64,000 nucleotides of DNA, from the NCBI RefSeq assembly GCF_018977255.1, contig NW_024704742.1, positions 85,066,001 to 85,130,000 on the forward strand, written 5' to 3'. The stretch is from Callorhinchus milii (Eukaryota). The notes beneath the pieces were generated by a model, which worked only from the letters and a program-made list of their open reading frames with translations, was not told where the DNA came from and searched no databases. The stretch's first letter is position 1, and every line of letters starts with the position of its first letter. This document shows, in pieces, positions 63,693 through 64,000 of the stretch. Both the position numbers and the translations under genes were made by a program.

Positions 63693-63859
63693 CTCTGTCT
63701 GGAAAACTCAACAAGTTTCCCATCTTTGATGGTCAATTGAAGGAGCTGTGCACGAGCGCTGTGAGTGCTAACACCACCAAGGCCACACTGTACTCACTAA
63801 ACGTCTGGAGGTACTGGTGTGTGACGCGGGAACTGAAGCAGTTCATGGACATTACAAAG
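63693..63859 (+). CDS. KIAA1958: KIAA1958 isoform-a-type internal exon (start of the second DUF3504-associated module; continues outside the window)
   Basis: Acceptor ctttatttttctAG at 63691-63692. A phase-1 join gives ALSGKLNKFPIFDGQLKELCTSAVSANTTKATLYSLNVWRYWCVTRELKQFMDITK, then donor AAG|GTATGT (phase 0). This matches my recollection of the canonical KIAA1958 segment KLNKFP...LCTSAVS.NTTKAT.Y.LNVWRYWC...DITK. Confidence 0.9.
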
Positions 63860-64000
63860 GTATGTGATCGGAAGACCGGTTTCCCATCGTCAGCAATGAT
63901 ACCATTTCAGTTTGTGAGTTCTGGCTTTGGTGATATTCTGCATTCTTAAAGTTGCTGTGACATCCTGCAAAACATGTCTTATAGCTGCCCGTCCAGTGTG

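Overview
Vertebrate genomic DNA. The SINE/L2/CR1 repeat content suggests a cartilaginous fish, possibly a holocephalan (inference, not tested). The window covers part of one + strand gene, a KIAA1958 orthologue, which belongs to the DUF3504 family domesticated from Crypton tyrosine-recombinase transposons. A shared first coding exon (17714-18860, phase-1 donor) can splice in frame to either of two recombinase-fold modules. One is an intronless terminal exon (43443-44482, isoform b type, 728 aa in total). The other is the first exon of a second module (63693-63859, isoform a type), which continues beyond the window. The b module has lost the recombinase catalytic residues. The rest is intron or UTR, filled with L2 and CR1 LINE fragments, a young tRNA-Ala-like SINE that shares a covarying 3' stem-loop with L2, DeuSINE-like relics, two TA-flanked MITEs and three minisatellites. 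Unexplained features include a 34-bp exact copy of exon-b coding sequence upstream of that exon, bounded by AG and GT; repeated L2 insertions into the shared 3' hairpin; and an unclassified inverted ~330-bp repeat with a compensatory stem change. There are no prokaryotic-type features such as CRISPR arrays or operons.
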